A stretch of 64,000 bases of DNA from Octopus vulgaris (taxonomy: Eukaryota), in NCBI GenBank assembly GCA_951406725.2, contig OX597839.1:7998001-8062000 (forward strand). Direction: 5' to 3'. The notes beneath the pieces were generated by a model that had not been told where the DNA came from, did no database searches, and was given only the letters and a program-made list of their open reading frames with translations. This document shows, one piece after another, positions 1 through 11,493 of the stretch. The position numbers were made by a program, and so were the translations under genes. Within the stretch, counting starts at the first letter, position 1. Every line of letters begins with the position of its first letter.

Positions 1-150
1 CATTTCGTGAACTTTTATATCCAACAGATGTTGCGGTATTTCATAGTAGCAGACGTGCGTGATATACTAACCTAAAAGTCTGCTGTTTTTTGCGAATCAA
101 TAAAACTCAGCTCAGCTAAGTCAAGTATAATATTTTTTATTTATTATTTA

Positions 151-458
151 TGCGCCCTTTTAAAGCCTAGCCAGGCTCATGGGCCCGGTTTCTTGGTTTC
201 TGTGGCGTATGTGTTCCCCACTCCAGCTGGACGGGGCGCCAGTCCATCGCAGCGTTACTCAAGAAACAGGAAGAGAGAGTGAAAGAAAGTTGGGGCGAAA
301 GTGTACAACAAGGGGTCGCCACCATCCCTTGCAGGAGCCTCGTGAAGCTTTAGGTGTTTTCGCTCAATAAACACACACAACGCCCGGTCTGGGAATCGAA
401 ACCGCGATCCTCCGACCGCGAATCCGCTGCCCTAACCACTGGGCCATTGCGCCTCCAC
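151..458 (-). mobile_element. tRNA-derived SINE, family C (body variant 1)
   Basis: Minus strand begins GTGGAGGCGCAATGGCCCAGTGGTTAGG (A-box) ... GGTTTCGATTCCC (B-box); 3' part GCTGCGATGGACTGGCGCCCCGTCC...GGCTTTAAAAGGGCGCA is shared with the adjacent copy. Confidence 0.85.
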
Positions 459-465
459 AAATAAA

Positions 466-713
466 TGCGCCCTTTTAAAACCTAGCCATGCTCATGGGCC
501 CGATTTCCCGGTTTCAATGGTGTTTGTGTTCCCCGGCTGAACGGGACGCCAGTCCATCGCAGCGTTACTCATTTTTGCCAGCTGAGTGGACTGGAGCAAC
601 GTGAAATGAAGTGTTTTGCAGAAGAACACAACGCGTGACCCGGTCCAGGAATCGAAACCACACTCTTACGATCACGTTGCTGACACACTAAACACTAAGC
701 CACGCGCCTCCAC
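466..713 (-). mobile_element. tRNA-derived SINE, family C (body variant 2)
   Basis: A-box TGGCTTAGTG, B-box GGTTTCGATTCC, central TTGCTCCAGTCCACTCAGCTGG...AAATGAGTA; same 3' tail as 151-458. Confidence 0.85.
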
Positions 714-845
714 ATTATGATTTTAGGACAAACTAATTTTAAGTGAGCATAACTGATCCACATCGTCCTCATTTTCCTGTTTCCAATCACCTGAATCCTG
801 TAGTGAGACATTGTCTGGGCTGTTGAACAATTTGGTGTATATACC

Positions 846-1293
846 TATTTCTTTACTACTCATAAGGGGCTAAACACAGAGGGGACAAACAAGGACAGAC
901 AAACGGATTGAGTCGATTACATCGACCCCAGTGCATCACTGGTACTTGATTTATCGACCTGAAAGGATGAAAGGCAAAGTCGACCTCGGCGGAATTTGAA
1001 CTCACAATGTAACGGCAGACGAAATACGGCTACACATTTCGCCCGGCGTGCTAACGATTCTTATTTCTTTACTACCCACAAGGGGCTAAACACAGAGAAG
1101 ACAAACAAGGACAGACAAACGGATTAAGTCGATTACATCGACTCCAGTGCATAACTGGTATTTAATTTATCGACCTGAAAGGATGAAAGGCAAAGTCGAC
1201 CTCGGCGGAATTTGAACTCGGAACGTAACGGCAGACGAAATACGGCTACGCATTTCGCCCGGCGTGCTAACGTTTCTGCCAGCTCACCGCCTT
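846..1293 (-). mobile_element. SINE family A, head-to-tail dimer with 16-bp TSD
   Basis: Two copies of body GTCGACTTTGCCTTTCATCCTTTC..GGTCGATAAAT; flanks 830-845 ATTTGGTGTATATACC and 1294-1309 ATGTGGTGTATATACC match 15/16. Confidence 0.9.
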
Positions 1294-1707
1294 ATGTGGT
1301 GTATATACCATCAACGAAAAAACCCTTTCATAACATCGCTCAATAATTACATGAAATGCTAAAGTGGTGAGATGGGAGAACCGTTAGCATGACGGAGAAA
1401 ATGCTTAATGATATTTCGTCCCCGGGAATTGATGGCCTTGTGCCAAAATTTAAAAGCAATAACCACAAGAGAGATTAAGTTAATTCTACATCACTATTAT
1501 CATTACATCACATCGGATACGGTTTTCAGTTACTGATATCGTCTGTGTGTCGCGATTTTTCTAGTGAGCTGAGCCAGGATACCATAAGGTAAGCCATAAA
1601 TATAATTTGCCAATAATAATAACATTCTTAGTTTAATGTCAGAGAAAAGTATAGAACCCGGAACCATGAGGTTAAGAACCAAACTTCTTACGACAGCACT
1701 ATGACTG

Positions 1708-1710
<3 letters not shown>

Positions 1711-1785
<75 letters not shown>

Positions 1786-1921
1786 CTGCGTGTGCTGCGT
1801 GTGCTGCGTGTTGTGTGTGTGTGTGTGTGTGTGTGTGCTGCGTGTTGTGTGTGGTTGTCTTAACGTATGTCTGTATGCGTATATATGTGTGTGTGTGTAT
1901 GTATATATATATACATATTTG

Positions 1922-1967
<46 letters not shown>

Positions 1968-2026
1968 TACATACATAAAGGCGGCGAGCTGGCAGAAACG
2001 TTAGCACGTCGGGCGAAATGCTTAGC

Positions 2027-2071
<45 letters not shown>

Positions 2072-2074
2072 TTG

Positions 2075-2122
<48 letters not shown>

Positions 2123-2371
2123 CACATATATACATACATAAAGGCGGCGAGCTGGCAAAAACGTTAGCACGCCGGGCGAAATGCTTAGCGGTATTTCGTC
2201 TGCGTTACGTTGTGAGTTCAAATTTCGCCGAGGTCGACTTTGCCTTTCATCCTTTCGGGGTCGATAAATTAAATACCAGTTATGCACTGGGGTCGATGTA
2301 ATCGACTTAATACCTATGTCTGTCCTTGTTTGTCCCCTCTGTGTTTAGCCCCTTGTGGGTAATAAAGAAAT

Positions 2372-2423
<52 letters not shown>

Positions 2424-2426
2424 TTG

Positions 2427-2486
<60 letters not shown>

Positions 2487-2732
2487 CACATATATACATA
2501 CATAAAGGCGGCGAGCTGGCAGAAACGTTAGCACGTCGGGCGAAATGCTTAGCGGTATTTCGTCTGCCGTTATGCTGTGAGTTCAAATTCCGCCGAGGTC
2601 CACTTTGCCTTTCATCCTTTCGGGGTCGATAAATTAAGTACCAGTTACGCACTGGGGTCGATGTAATCGATTTACTCCCTTTGTCTGTCCTTGTTTGTTC
2701 CCTCTATGTTTAGCCCCTTGTGGGTAATAAAG
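1711..2732 (+). repeat. (TA)n/(TG)n microsatellites with three tandem SINE-A starts (1978 truncated, 2141-2375, 2505-2732)
   Basis: Each AAGGCGGCGAGCTGGC head is preceded by the same TACATATTTGTATGTG(TA)n..CACATATATACATACATA block. Confidence 0.9.
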
Positions 2733-2994
2733 ATATATAAATATATGTGTGTGTGTGTGTATAAATGTATGTATGCATTTATTACAGAGTAGCTCATTCT
2801 AAAATCTCTGTAAGAGGTGCACGTAGGAGCTCTAGTGGAAAGTAATGTTTGTTGCCACTTCAAACATGGCTGTCACGTATGGAACGACGTTACTACCCTT
2901 AACTACTTGCAAACCATGGGACTCACAGTAACAGTATTTTTTGTCGACAAAACAAATTTGAACAAACACTAATGAAGCAGTGTTTTATTATTTT

Positions 2995-3300
2995 CTATTC
3001 TTTTATCTCTTCTCACTCATTAGACTGCGGCCATACTGGAGCACTGCCTTGAGATTTTTAGTCGAACTAATCGAAACAAGAGCTTATTTTCTTTCTAAGC
3101 CTGGTTCTTATCCCATCGATATCTTTGGCTCAACTGCTAAGTTACGGGGATGAAAACCCTTCCAACACCCATCGTCAGGCGGTAGTGGAGGACAAGTTAG
3201 CCCCTTGTGGGTAGTAAAGAAATAGGTAGTGGGGGACAAGCAAAAAGCCACACACACTCACAACACACACACACACTCATGCATATGTATATATGACGGG
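2995..3300 (-). mobile_element. SINE family B, degenerate 3' half
   Basis: GACTGCGGCCATACTGGAGCAC, GCTAAGTTACGGGGA and terminal GACGGG match the reverse complement of the family B tail. Confidence 0.7.
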
Positions 3301-3368
3301 GACGTAGCTCAGTGGTAGAGCGTTCGCTTTGCATGAGAAAGGCTCCGGATTCGATCCCGGCTTCTCCA
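3298..3368 (+). pseudogene. tRNA-Ala(TGC), degenerate (probable pseudogene)
   Basis: GGGGACG TA GCTC AGTGGTA GAGC G TTCGC TT TGC AT GAGAA AGGCT CCGGA TTCGAT CCCGG CTTCTCC A; G3:U70 Ala identity pair present; mismatches in acceptor, anticodon and T stems; T-arm one nt short; TTTT just downstream. Confidence 0.8.
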
Positions 3369-3619
3369 AAGTGTTTTATTATAGGCGTAGGAGTGTCTGT
3401 GTGGTAAGTAGCCAAATGGACTATAAAGTCCAATAATTGTCGTTTTTGATGGAAAAAAAGAGGACAATGTTTCAGAGAAGTAGAAAATCGGCGGGCGTTT
3501 TCTGCCTTCTCTCATCAATATCATCCTTGTTTCATCATTCACCTCATCAATGTATATGTCCAGCCCGCAAGCTACTCTTTGTAATGCCTTTATGGAAAAT
3601 CTTAATGAAATAAAGTAGC

Positions 3620-4168
3620 CAGCGGAGGTAGGATTTGAACTGTTATCCTCATTAAGAGGAAAGAAATATTATAGGTTTCCCGGTTTGGGGGATAATCAAT
3701 TTATTACTGCGTGAAAAATTTAATTTTAGCCGTTGTAGGCTCTATTGCGGCACTCGTCCCTAGCAGGGGTGAGATTTGAACTGTTGTTCTCGTTGTGAGG
3801 AAAAAAATATTATAGGTTTCCCGTTTTGGGGATACTGTATTTTTATTACTGTGTGAAAAGTATAATTTCGAACGCTGTCGGCTTTATTGTTACGTCTCGC
3901 CCCCCCCCAGCGGGGGTGAGATTTGAACTGTTGTCCTCGTTGTGAGAAAAAAAAAAATATAGGTTTCCCATTTATCTGGATTCTGTATTTTTATTATTGT
4001 GTGGAAAAAAAATTAATTTCGAACGTTGTAGGCTTTATTGTTACGTCTGCCTACCCCCCAGCGAGGGTGAGATTTGAACTGTTGTCCTCGTTGAGAGAAA
4101 AAAAAAAGTTAAAAATTATAGGTTTCCCATTTTCTGGGATTAAATTGTGTATAAATTTATTTCGAACG
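3620..4168. repeat. Tandem array, 4 x ~141-151 bp (copy 1)
   Basis: Units start near 3620, 3761, 3908, 4059 with AGCGGGGGTGAGATTTGAACTGTTGTCCTC...TTATAGGTTTCCC; colinear with 33279-33760. Confidence 0.9.
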
Positions 4169-4172
4169 AAAT

Positions 4173-4459
4173 ATGTCGGTCGAAATAATTCAAGAAACTA
4201 ACCAGCTGCATGAGCCAGCAAAAAAGTTCGCGGCAGTAACCGCTGTTTCGTGTGAAAATGTTGTAATAGAAACGGAGAAGCTCTTCGAGCTTTTTGAGAG
4301 AATGAAAGAGGAGGGTGGAGATATAAATATCTCACCCTCCCCTTCTGTTGAAAATCTGAAGAGAAGGACTGGTTTACAAAACGTACTGTCCTTCATCGAA
4401 AAAATTCAAGCACTTCGAAGAGTGCGAAATAGAAAAATGCCTGGCCCCTATATGGAAAC
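4173..4459 (+). other. Possible truncated ORF of unknown function within the cargo (MSVEIIQETNQLHEPAKK...), also hairpin-rich
   Basis: About 95 non-repetitive open codons from an ATG directly after the array, interrupted by the SINE-B tail; no recognisable motif. Confidence 0.3.
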
Positions 4460-4474
4460 AAGTAAAAGAGTATA

Positions 4475-4524
<50 letters not shown>

Positions 4525-4569
4525 CACACAACGGGTTCTTAATTTACTCGTCCCACATCCACTCACAAG

Positions 4570-4724
4570 GTGTGGTAAGTAGCTTGCTTACCAAACACAT
4601 GGTTCCGGGTCAGTCCCACTGCGTGGCACCTTGGGCAAGTGTCTTCTACTACAGCCTCAGGCCGTCCAAAGCCTTGTGAGTAGATTTGGTAGACGGAAAC
4701 TGAAAGAAAGCCGTCGTATGTATG

Positions 4725-4778
<54 letters not shown>

Positions 4779-4997
4779 CATGTATGTGTGTGTTTGTGTT
4801 TCTGTGTTTGTTCCCACCAACATCGCTTGACAACCGATGCTGGTGTCTTTATGTCCCCGTAACTTAGCGGTTCGGCAAAAAGGACTGATAGAATAAGTAC
4901 TGGGCTTACAAAGAATAAGTCCTGGGGTCGATTTGCTCGACTAAAGGCAGTGCTCCAGCATAGCCGCAGTTAAATGACTGAAACAAGTAAAAGAGTA
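4570..4997 (+). mobile_element. SINE family B, near full length, with internal (TA)(TG)n
   Basis: GTGTGGTAAGTAGCTTGC...CACCTTGGGCAAGTGTCTTCTAC...GACTGAAACAAGTAAAAGAG. Confidence 0.9.
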
Positions 4998-5301
<304 letters not shown>

Positions 5302-5577
5302 TGTGTTGGGGGTGCAAGCCTTCTTTCACTTGAAATAACTCCATTCTTTTTGACTCCTTATTTTTTCCATTGTGCATCTGTTCTTTCGGTATTGTGTTGT
5401 ATGGAAGCATCGTATAAACATCCTTCTAAGCATTTAGATATGTATATATGTTATACATTGTGTACACGTTCATGTAGTATATATGCATGTGCATATTTAC
5501 GGATATAGACATGTATGTAATATATATGTATATATAAATATGTGTATGTATATATATATATAAATAGAGAGAGAGGG

Positions 5578-5745
5578 GGGGAGGGTTTACGAAAAAGACA
5601 AAAGACGAAGACAGGTGGTGTACAAAACAAACAGATGTATTAGTATAACGCTCAGGCATAGAAAAAGTCTTTTACGTTTCGAGCTTACGCTCTTCTACAG
5701 AAAGGGACACAGAAAAAACAAGGAGAGAAACAAGGAGAGAAGAAA
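5578..5745 (-). mobile_element. Short repeat carrying a variant hammerhead motif (5669-5704); second copy at 41287-41448
   Basis: Minus: CTTT CTGTAGA A GAGC gtaa GCTC GAAA CG TA AAAG; the rest aligns with the 41.3-kb copy. Confidence 0.7.
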
Positions 5746-5794
5746 AAACAATAAATATATATAAATGATATATAATGTTTATATATATAATATG

Positions 5795-5826
<32 letters not shown>

Positions 5827-6720
5827 TGTATGTATGTATGTATGTATGTATGTATGTATGTATGTATGTATGTATGTATATAAGAATGTATATACGTTTA
5901 TGGTATATGCATTTATGTGCTATAACCTCCTCTCCTTTTTTTCTCAGAATCTTTCGTTAAATATTTGTTATCCATTATTTTCCCGTTCGTTCTTTACTTA
6001 TTCCCCACTTCTTTCTTTTCTTCCTTCCTTTCTTTCCTCTCCCTTATACATATCCTTTTTTCCATTGCTTCCTCTGTTACTTTTACCCTATGTTTACGCT
6101 CTTTTTCCAGTCTCGTTCTGTAATTACCTCGATTTCAGCATTCGTACTCATTGTATTATATATATATATGTATATATTTTTTTTTATTCTTTAATTCAAT
6201 TTTACTTCAACTGTTGTTTGTATTTTTCGTTCTTTCTTTCTCTTCTTCTATTTTTTTTAAATTCCTTCTCTCCTTCATTTTACTTCATTTATTTTATTTC
6301 ATTCTTCCTCTCTTCACTTCATATTTTCATTCCTAAATATGTTCCCTTAAATTTTTTTTATCTTCGTTCCCCGGGACTTAATAGATCTTTTATCATATAA
6401 GTAAATATAGGTATGTGCCTCTGTGTTTGTATACACACATATACATATTATACATACAGACACCAACTTATCCCCTTTACACCCCACTCACATATATATA
6501 GATACAGATATATATATACATATATATATACATATAGATAAATAGATATATATAACACACATATATACACATAGATATATTTATGTATATATAAGTATAC
6601 ATATATATATAATATGTATATATAAAACTATATATATAAATAATATGTAATGTATATATATGTATATGTATAAGTATTTATATATTTATATATGTATGTA
6701 TATATATATGTGTGTGTGTG

Positions 6721-6752
<32 letters not shown>

Positions 6753-8406
6753 TATATATGTCTGTGTATGTGTATGTATATATATGTCTGTGTATGTGTA
6801 TATAAATAATGTATATGTATGTATGTATACATAACTATACTCTACTTTCATGTATAATATATGTACCCCGAATATATATATATATATATACCCTTATGTG
6901 TGTAGAACGCAAGTACCCATTTATGTATCGAGCCCTTCGTCAGTGTTTCTATTTTTTGCCTCTTCTCCGTCACTGGTTTTCATTATTGATCCAAAATATT
7001 TATAAACAGATTTATAGTCATATAGGAACACTCATTAACAAGCATATATACACCTATATACATCTGCCTGAATCCATACACACACACACACACACATATA
7101 AGTATAAATATACGTATATATATATCTGCATATGTGCATATATATGCACACATTTATGTGTATGCTTGTGTGTATATCTACTTATATTCATACATACATA
7201 TATGCATACATGTGTGTGTTTGTGTGTGTCTGTGTATCTGTGTGTGTTTGTGTGTTTGTGCATACATGTTTACATATAGTTATAGATGTGTGTATATATT
7301 CACGTATGCATATGTGTCCATATTATTCAAGATTATATATTTTCATTATCATTTTTCTTCTTCTTCTTCTTCTTCTTCGTCTTCTTCTTCTTCGTCTCCT
7401 CCTCCTTCCTTTTTTTGTCTTTCCCTTTTTTCTTTTTGTTTTCGCTTTCTTGCACTCCTCTCTTTATCCGGCTAAAACTCTGTCAACACAACGCAAGGTG
7501 TGGCGTGATACGGTGCTGTGTTGGGTTGGTTGGTGGTGGTGGTGGTGGTGGCGGCGGTAGTGATGGAGGTCATGATGGTGATAACGAAGGTGATGCGTGT
7601 GCTGTTGCTGTGGTTGTTGATGGTGGTGATGGTGGTGGTAGTGTTTGTGTTGGAGGGATGGTCGTTGGAGGTGGCAGGGGTATGCGAGAGAAAAATGTAA
7701 ATAAACGGATTTAAGATTGAATGAATGCGTTGAGGAATTGCATTTTAAGCATTGCTACAGATTTCCCAAGATAAGCAAAGATAAGTGACATCTGGGTATT
7801 TGCTAAAGACAGTCAACACAAGAGCACAACAATGGCAAGAAAATGGAATTACCAATTCAATTGTCCAGCCCGACCGAAGAATTCAAATCTGACTGCTGAA
7901 ACGTTTCGTCGACGCTGACAACGCCAACACAACAAAAACAACAACGAATACAGCAACAAGAACAAAATGGGTAACTGCTACAATAACAGCAACGATAACG
8001 AGTATCATAACAACGATAATACTCTTGACTACGATAGCTGTACAATGGCTACCACCGCCGACGACGCTATTAAGAATAACAAGGATTTCAACGCCATTGC
8101 TGACACTAACACCGCCGCCATGGCTTTACAACGCAATGGCGGCCGATAACAAAAACTGTCACTACAACAGCGAGAAGTATAACAACAATTGTAAGGATCG
8201 TAATGCCACAACCACTCACAACACCATCACGGACGACACCGTATGAAAAACGTTAACAACATAGGTAGCAATATTACTGCCACCGCCTCTCGTGCCCCAA
8301 TGCCACTGCATCGTCCTCCCGAGACATTAAAACCACTTACGTTTCTGTATATAGTTTATACATACATGCACACAAATATAGAGATATGTGGAATAGAGCG
8401 TGTATG

Positions 8407-8457
<51 letters not shown>

Positions 8458-8520
8458 ACATATTTGTATATATATATGTATACATATTTGTATATATATA
8501 TGTATATATGTATATATATG

Positions 8521-8573
<53 letters not shown>

Positions 8574-8584
8574 GCATGTATATA

Positions 8585-8630
<46 letters not shown>

Positions 8631-9611
8631 CACAGAAATCCACCACCGCATATCTACAATATCAACATGAAATCGAATGTTTTACATATATATATGTGTA
8701 TGTGAGTGTGTATGTGTGTTGTTTTGCGTTCATGTGTCATTTTGTGTGTGTGTATATATATATCTATTCATATACATATATATACATATATATATATGTG
8801 TGTGTATATGTATATATATATATATATGTGTGTGTACATATATATACATACATAGATATACACATGTAGACATACATACATATATACTCATACAGACATC
8901 TGATGACAGTTCATACGAATGGTTACAATACGGGTAAGTGCAGGTGCCTGTTGGGAAAAGAGAGGGCATGTTTGTGTGTGTGTGTTTGTGCATGTGTGCG
9001 CGCGCTGGTCGGATTTGGCAGGTGAGGTAATGATTTGAGCATGCAAGTTTAGATAACCAACCAGTTGATTTGCAATTACTGGAAACGTTGGAGTGTAAAC
9101 ACTGGTATAATTGAAGTTATTAGAACTTGTGTGTAACCTGGACAAACACGCATTCAAATACACATCCAATCTCATACATGCATGCTCACATATCTGTGCG
9201 CACATGCATCTACAAATACATATATATATATATATATATGTAAACACATATACGTAACATATATATAACACGTTCCGACATGAAAACACTTATATATTTA
9301 CGTTGCATTGCATACGTACATACTACACATATTACTCATACATGCAAACATACATACATACATAAATACATACATACATACATACATACATACATACATA
9401 CATACATACATACATACATACATACATACATACATTCGTACGTACATACAGATACGTCCATGTTCAGATATCGGCACGAACGAATATAAAACATTTACAT
9501 ACATTATAATCACAACGAAACATATTTAGGGATAAACTCTCAGAAAATCTGAGGGTTCTTTTTCAGACTTGTGTATTTACATACATTTAGCTTCGTATCC
9601 TTATGTCGCAT

Positions 9612-9788
9612 ATATATGTGTGTGTATATATATATATGTATATATATATGTATATATATATGTATGTATATATATACATATATATATATGTATATATATA
9701 TGTATGTATATATATATATGTATGTATATATATATGTATATATATGTATGTATATATATATATATATATATATGTATATGTATGTATG

Positions 9789-9828
<40 letters not shown>

Positions 9829-10004
9829 TGTATGTATATATATATATGTATATATATGTATGTATATATATATATATATATGTATATATATGTATATATA
9901 TATGTATGTATATATATGTATATATATATGTATATATATATGTATATATATATATATATATATGTGTATATATATGTATGTATATATATATATATATGTA
10001 TATA

Positions 10005-10067
<63 letters not shown>

Positions 10068-10330
10068 ATATATATATGTGTTTATATATATGTGTATATA
10101 TATATATGTATATATATATGTATATATATATTTGTATATATATATGTATATGTATATATGTGTGTATATGTATATGTATATATATATGTATATATATATG
10201 TATATGTATATATATATGTATATATATGTATATGTATATATATGTGTATATATATATATGTATATGTATATATATGTGTATATATATATGTATATGTATA
10301 TATATGTGTATATATATATATATGTATATA

Positions 10331-10361
<31 letters not shown>

Positions 10362-10430
10362 GCATATATGTTATATATATATATGTATGTATGTATATCT
10401 ATATGTATATATATGTATATATATAAATAT
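9612..10430. repeat. Large compound (TA)n/(TATG) microsatellite field; similar fields at 8.4-8.9, 21.7-21.95, 28.4-29.4, 38.2-39.2, 42.5-42.9, 53.3-54.1, 55.6-56.05 and 63.7-64.0 kb
   Basis: Direct inspection; source of the YIYI/CVCV ORFs. Confidence 0.95.
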
Positions 10431-10999
10431 ATGCATCTGTGTGTGTACATGTGTGTGTGCGAGTGAGTGTATGTGTATGTATGAATGTGTACGTGTATGT
10501 ATGTATGTATGTATCTATATGTGTATGTGTAAATATATGTATGTATGTACGTGTTCGTTGGTGTTTGTGTATGCATAGGTAGATACGTTGTATATCAACA
10601 GTAAAATTAAGCATTCTTTATATACATTCAGCTTACGTCGTTAGATGCCCTCTACATCCTAGATAGGTGTGTATAGGGTGTTGTGTGTGTGTGTGTGTTT
10701 TGGATAAACAAACGCAACAGAATTTGCTCAATACATATGCTGGTTCATATTTATTTCTCGGGATTTGATTGTTCCTTTCGTACCTAATCAGATTTTCCCA
10801 GCGTGCACGATCCTTCCGGACAGATTAATACGTACATTAATACGCATGGGAGACATTGATACGTATAGGAGAACATCCTTGCCGATTGAGGGAATATAGG
10901 CATGCATCGTCATATTTTCGGTTTCATTGGTCGGTTTGGTGTTACGATATAATAGTCGAAAACGTAGCACCTGTAATCTCTTGTGATGTAAGTGTGGGC

Positions 11000-11222
11000 A
11001 AGGCGGCGAGCTGGCAGAAACGTTAGCACGCTAGGTGAAATGCGTAGCCGTATTTCGTCTGCCGTTACGTTCAAATTCGGCCCAGGTCGACTTTGCCTTT
11101 CATCATTTCGGGGTCGATAAATTAAGTACAAGTTACGCACTGGGGTCGATGCAATCGACTTAATCCTTTTGTCTGTCCTTGTTTGTCCTCTCTGTGTTTA
11201 GCCCCTTGTGGGCAATAAAGAA

Positions 11223-11224
<2 letters not shown>
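11000..11224 (+). mobile_element. SINE family A monomer
   Basis: AAGGCGGCGAGCTGGCAGAAACGTTAGC...GCCCCTTGTGGGCAATAAAGAAAT. Confidence 0.9.
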
Positions 11225-11253
<29 letters not shown>

Positions 11254-11264
11254 TGTATGCGTGT

Positions 11265-11493
11265 GTATATGTTTGTGCGTCTGTGTCTGTCCCCCCAACA
11301 TCGCTTGACAACCGATGCTGGTGTGTTTACGTCCCGGTAACTTAGCGGTTCGGCAAAAAAGAGACCGACAGAATAAGTACTAGGCTTACAAAGAATAAAT
11401 CCCTGGGGTCGGTTTTCCCGACTAAAGTCGGTGCTGCAGCATGGCCACAGTCACATGACTGAAACAAGTAAAAGAGTCAAAAGAGTCAAAAGA
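11265..11493 (+). mobile_element. SINE family B, 3' half
   Basis: CATCGCTTGACAACCGATGCTGG...GACTGAAACAAGTAAAAGAG. Confidence 0.85.

Larger units (their letters stand above)
3382..4471 (+). mobile_element. Chimeric SINE-B: head + ~1.04-kb foreign cargo + terminal tail
   Basis: 3382-3412 AGGCGTAGGAGTGTCTGTGTGGTAAGTAGC is a SINE-B head; 4455-4471 GAAACAAGTAAAAGAGT is the SINE-B 3' end; the interior is unrelated to SINE-B. Confidence 0.65.

Noticed and set aside
3298-3368. Functional tRNA-Ala gene
   Set aside because: Mismatches in three stems and a shortened T-arm; reported as a pseudogene instead
3620-4168. CRISPR-like repeat-spacer array
   Set aside because: Sequence between the conserved motifs is homologous from unit to unit, so it is a tandem repeat
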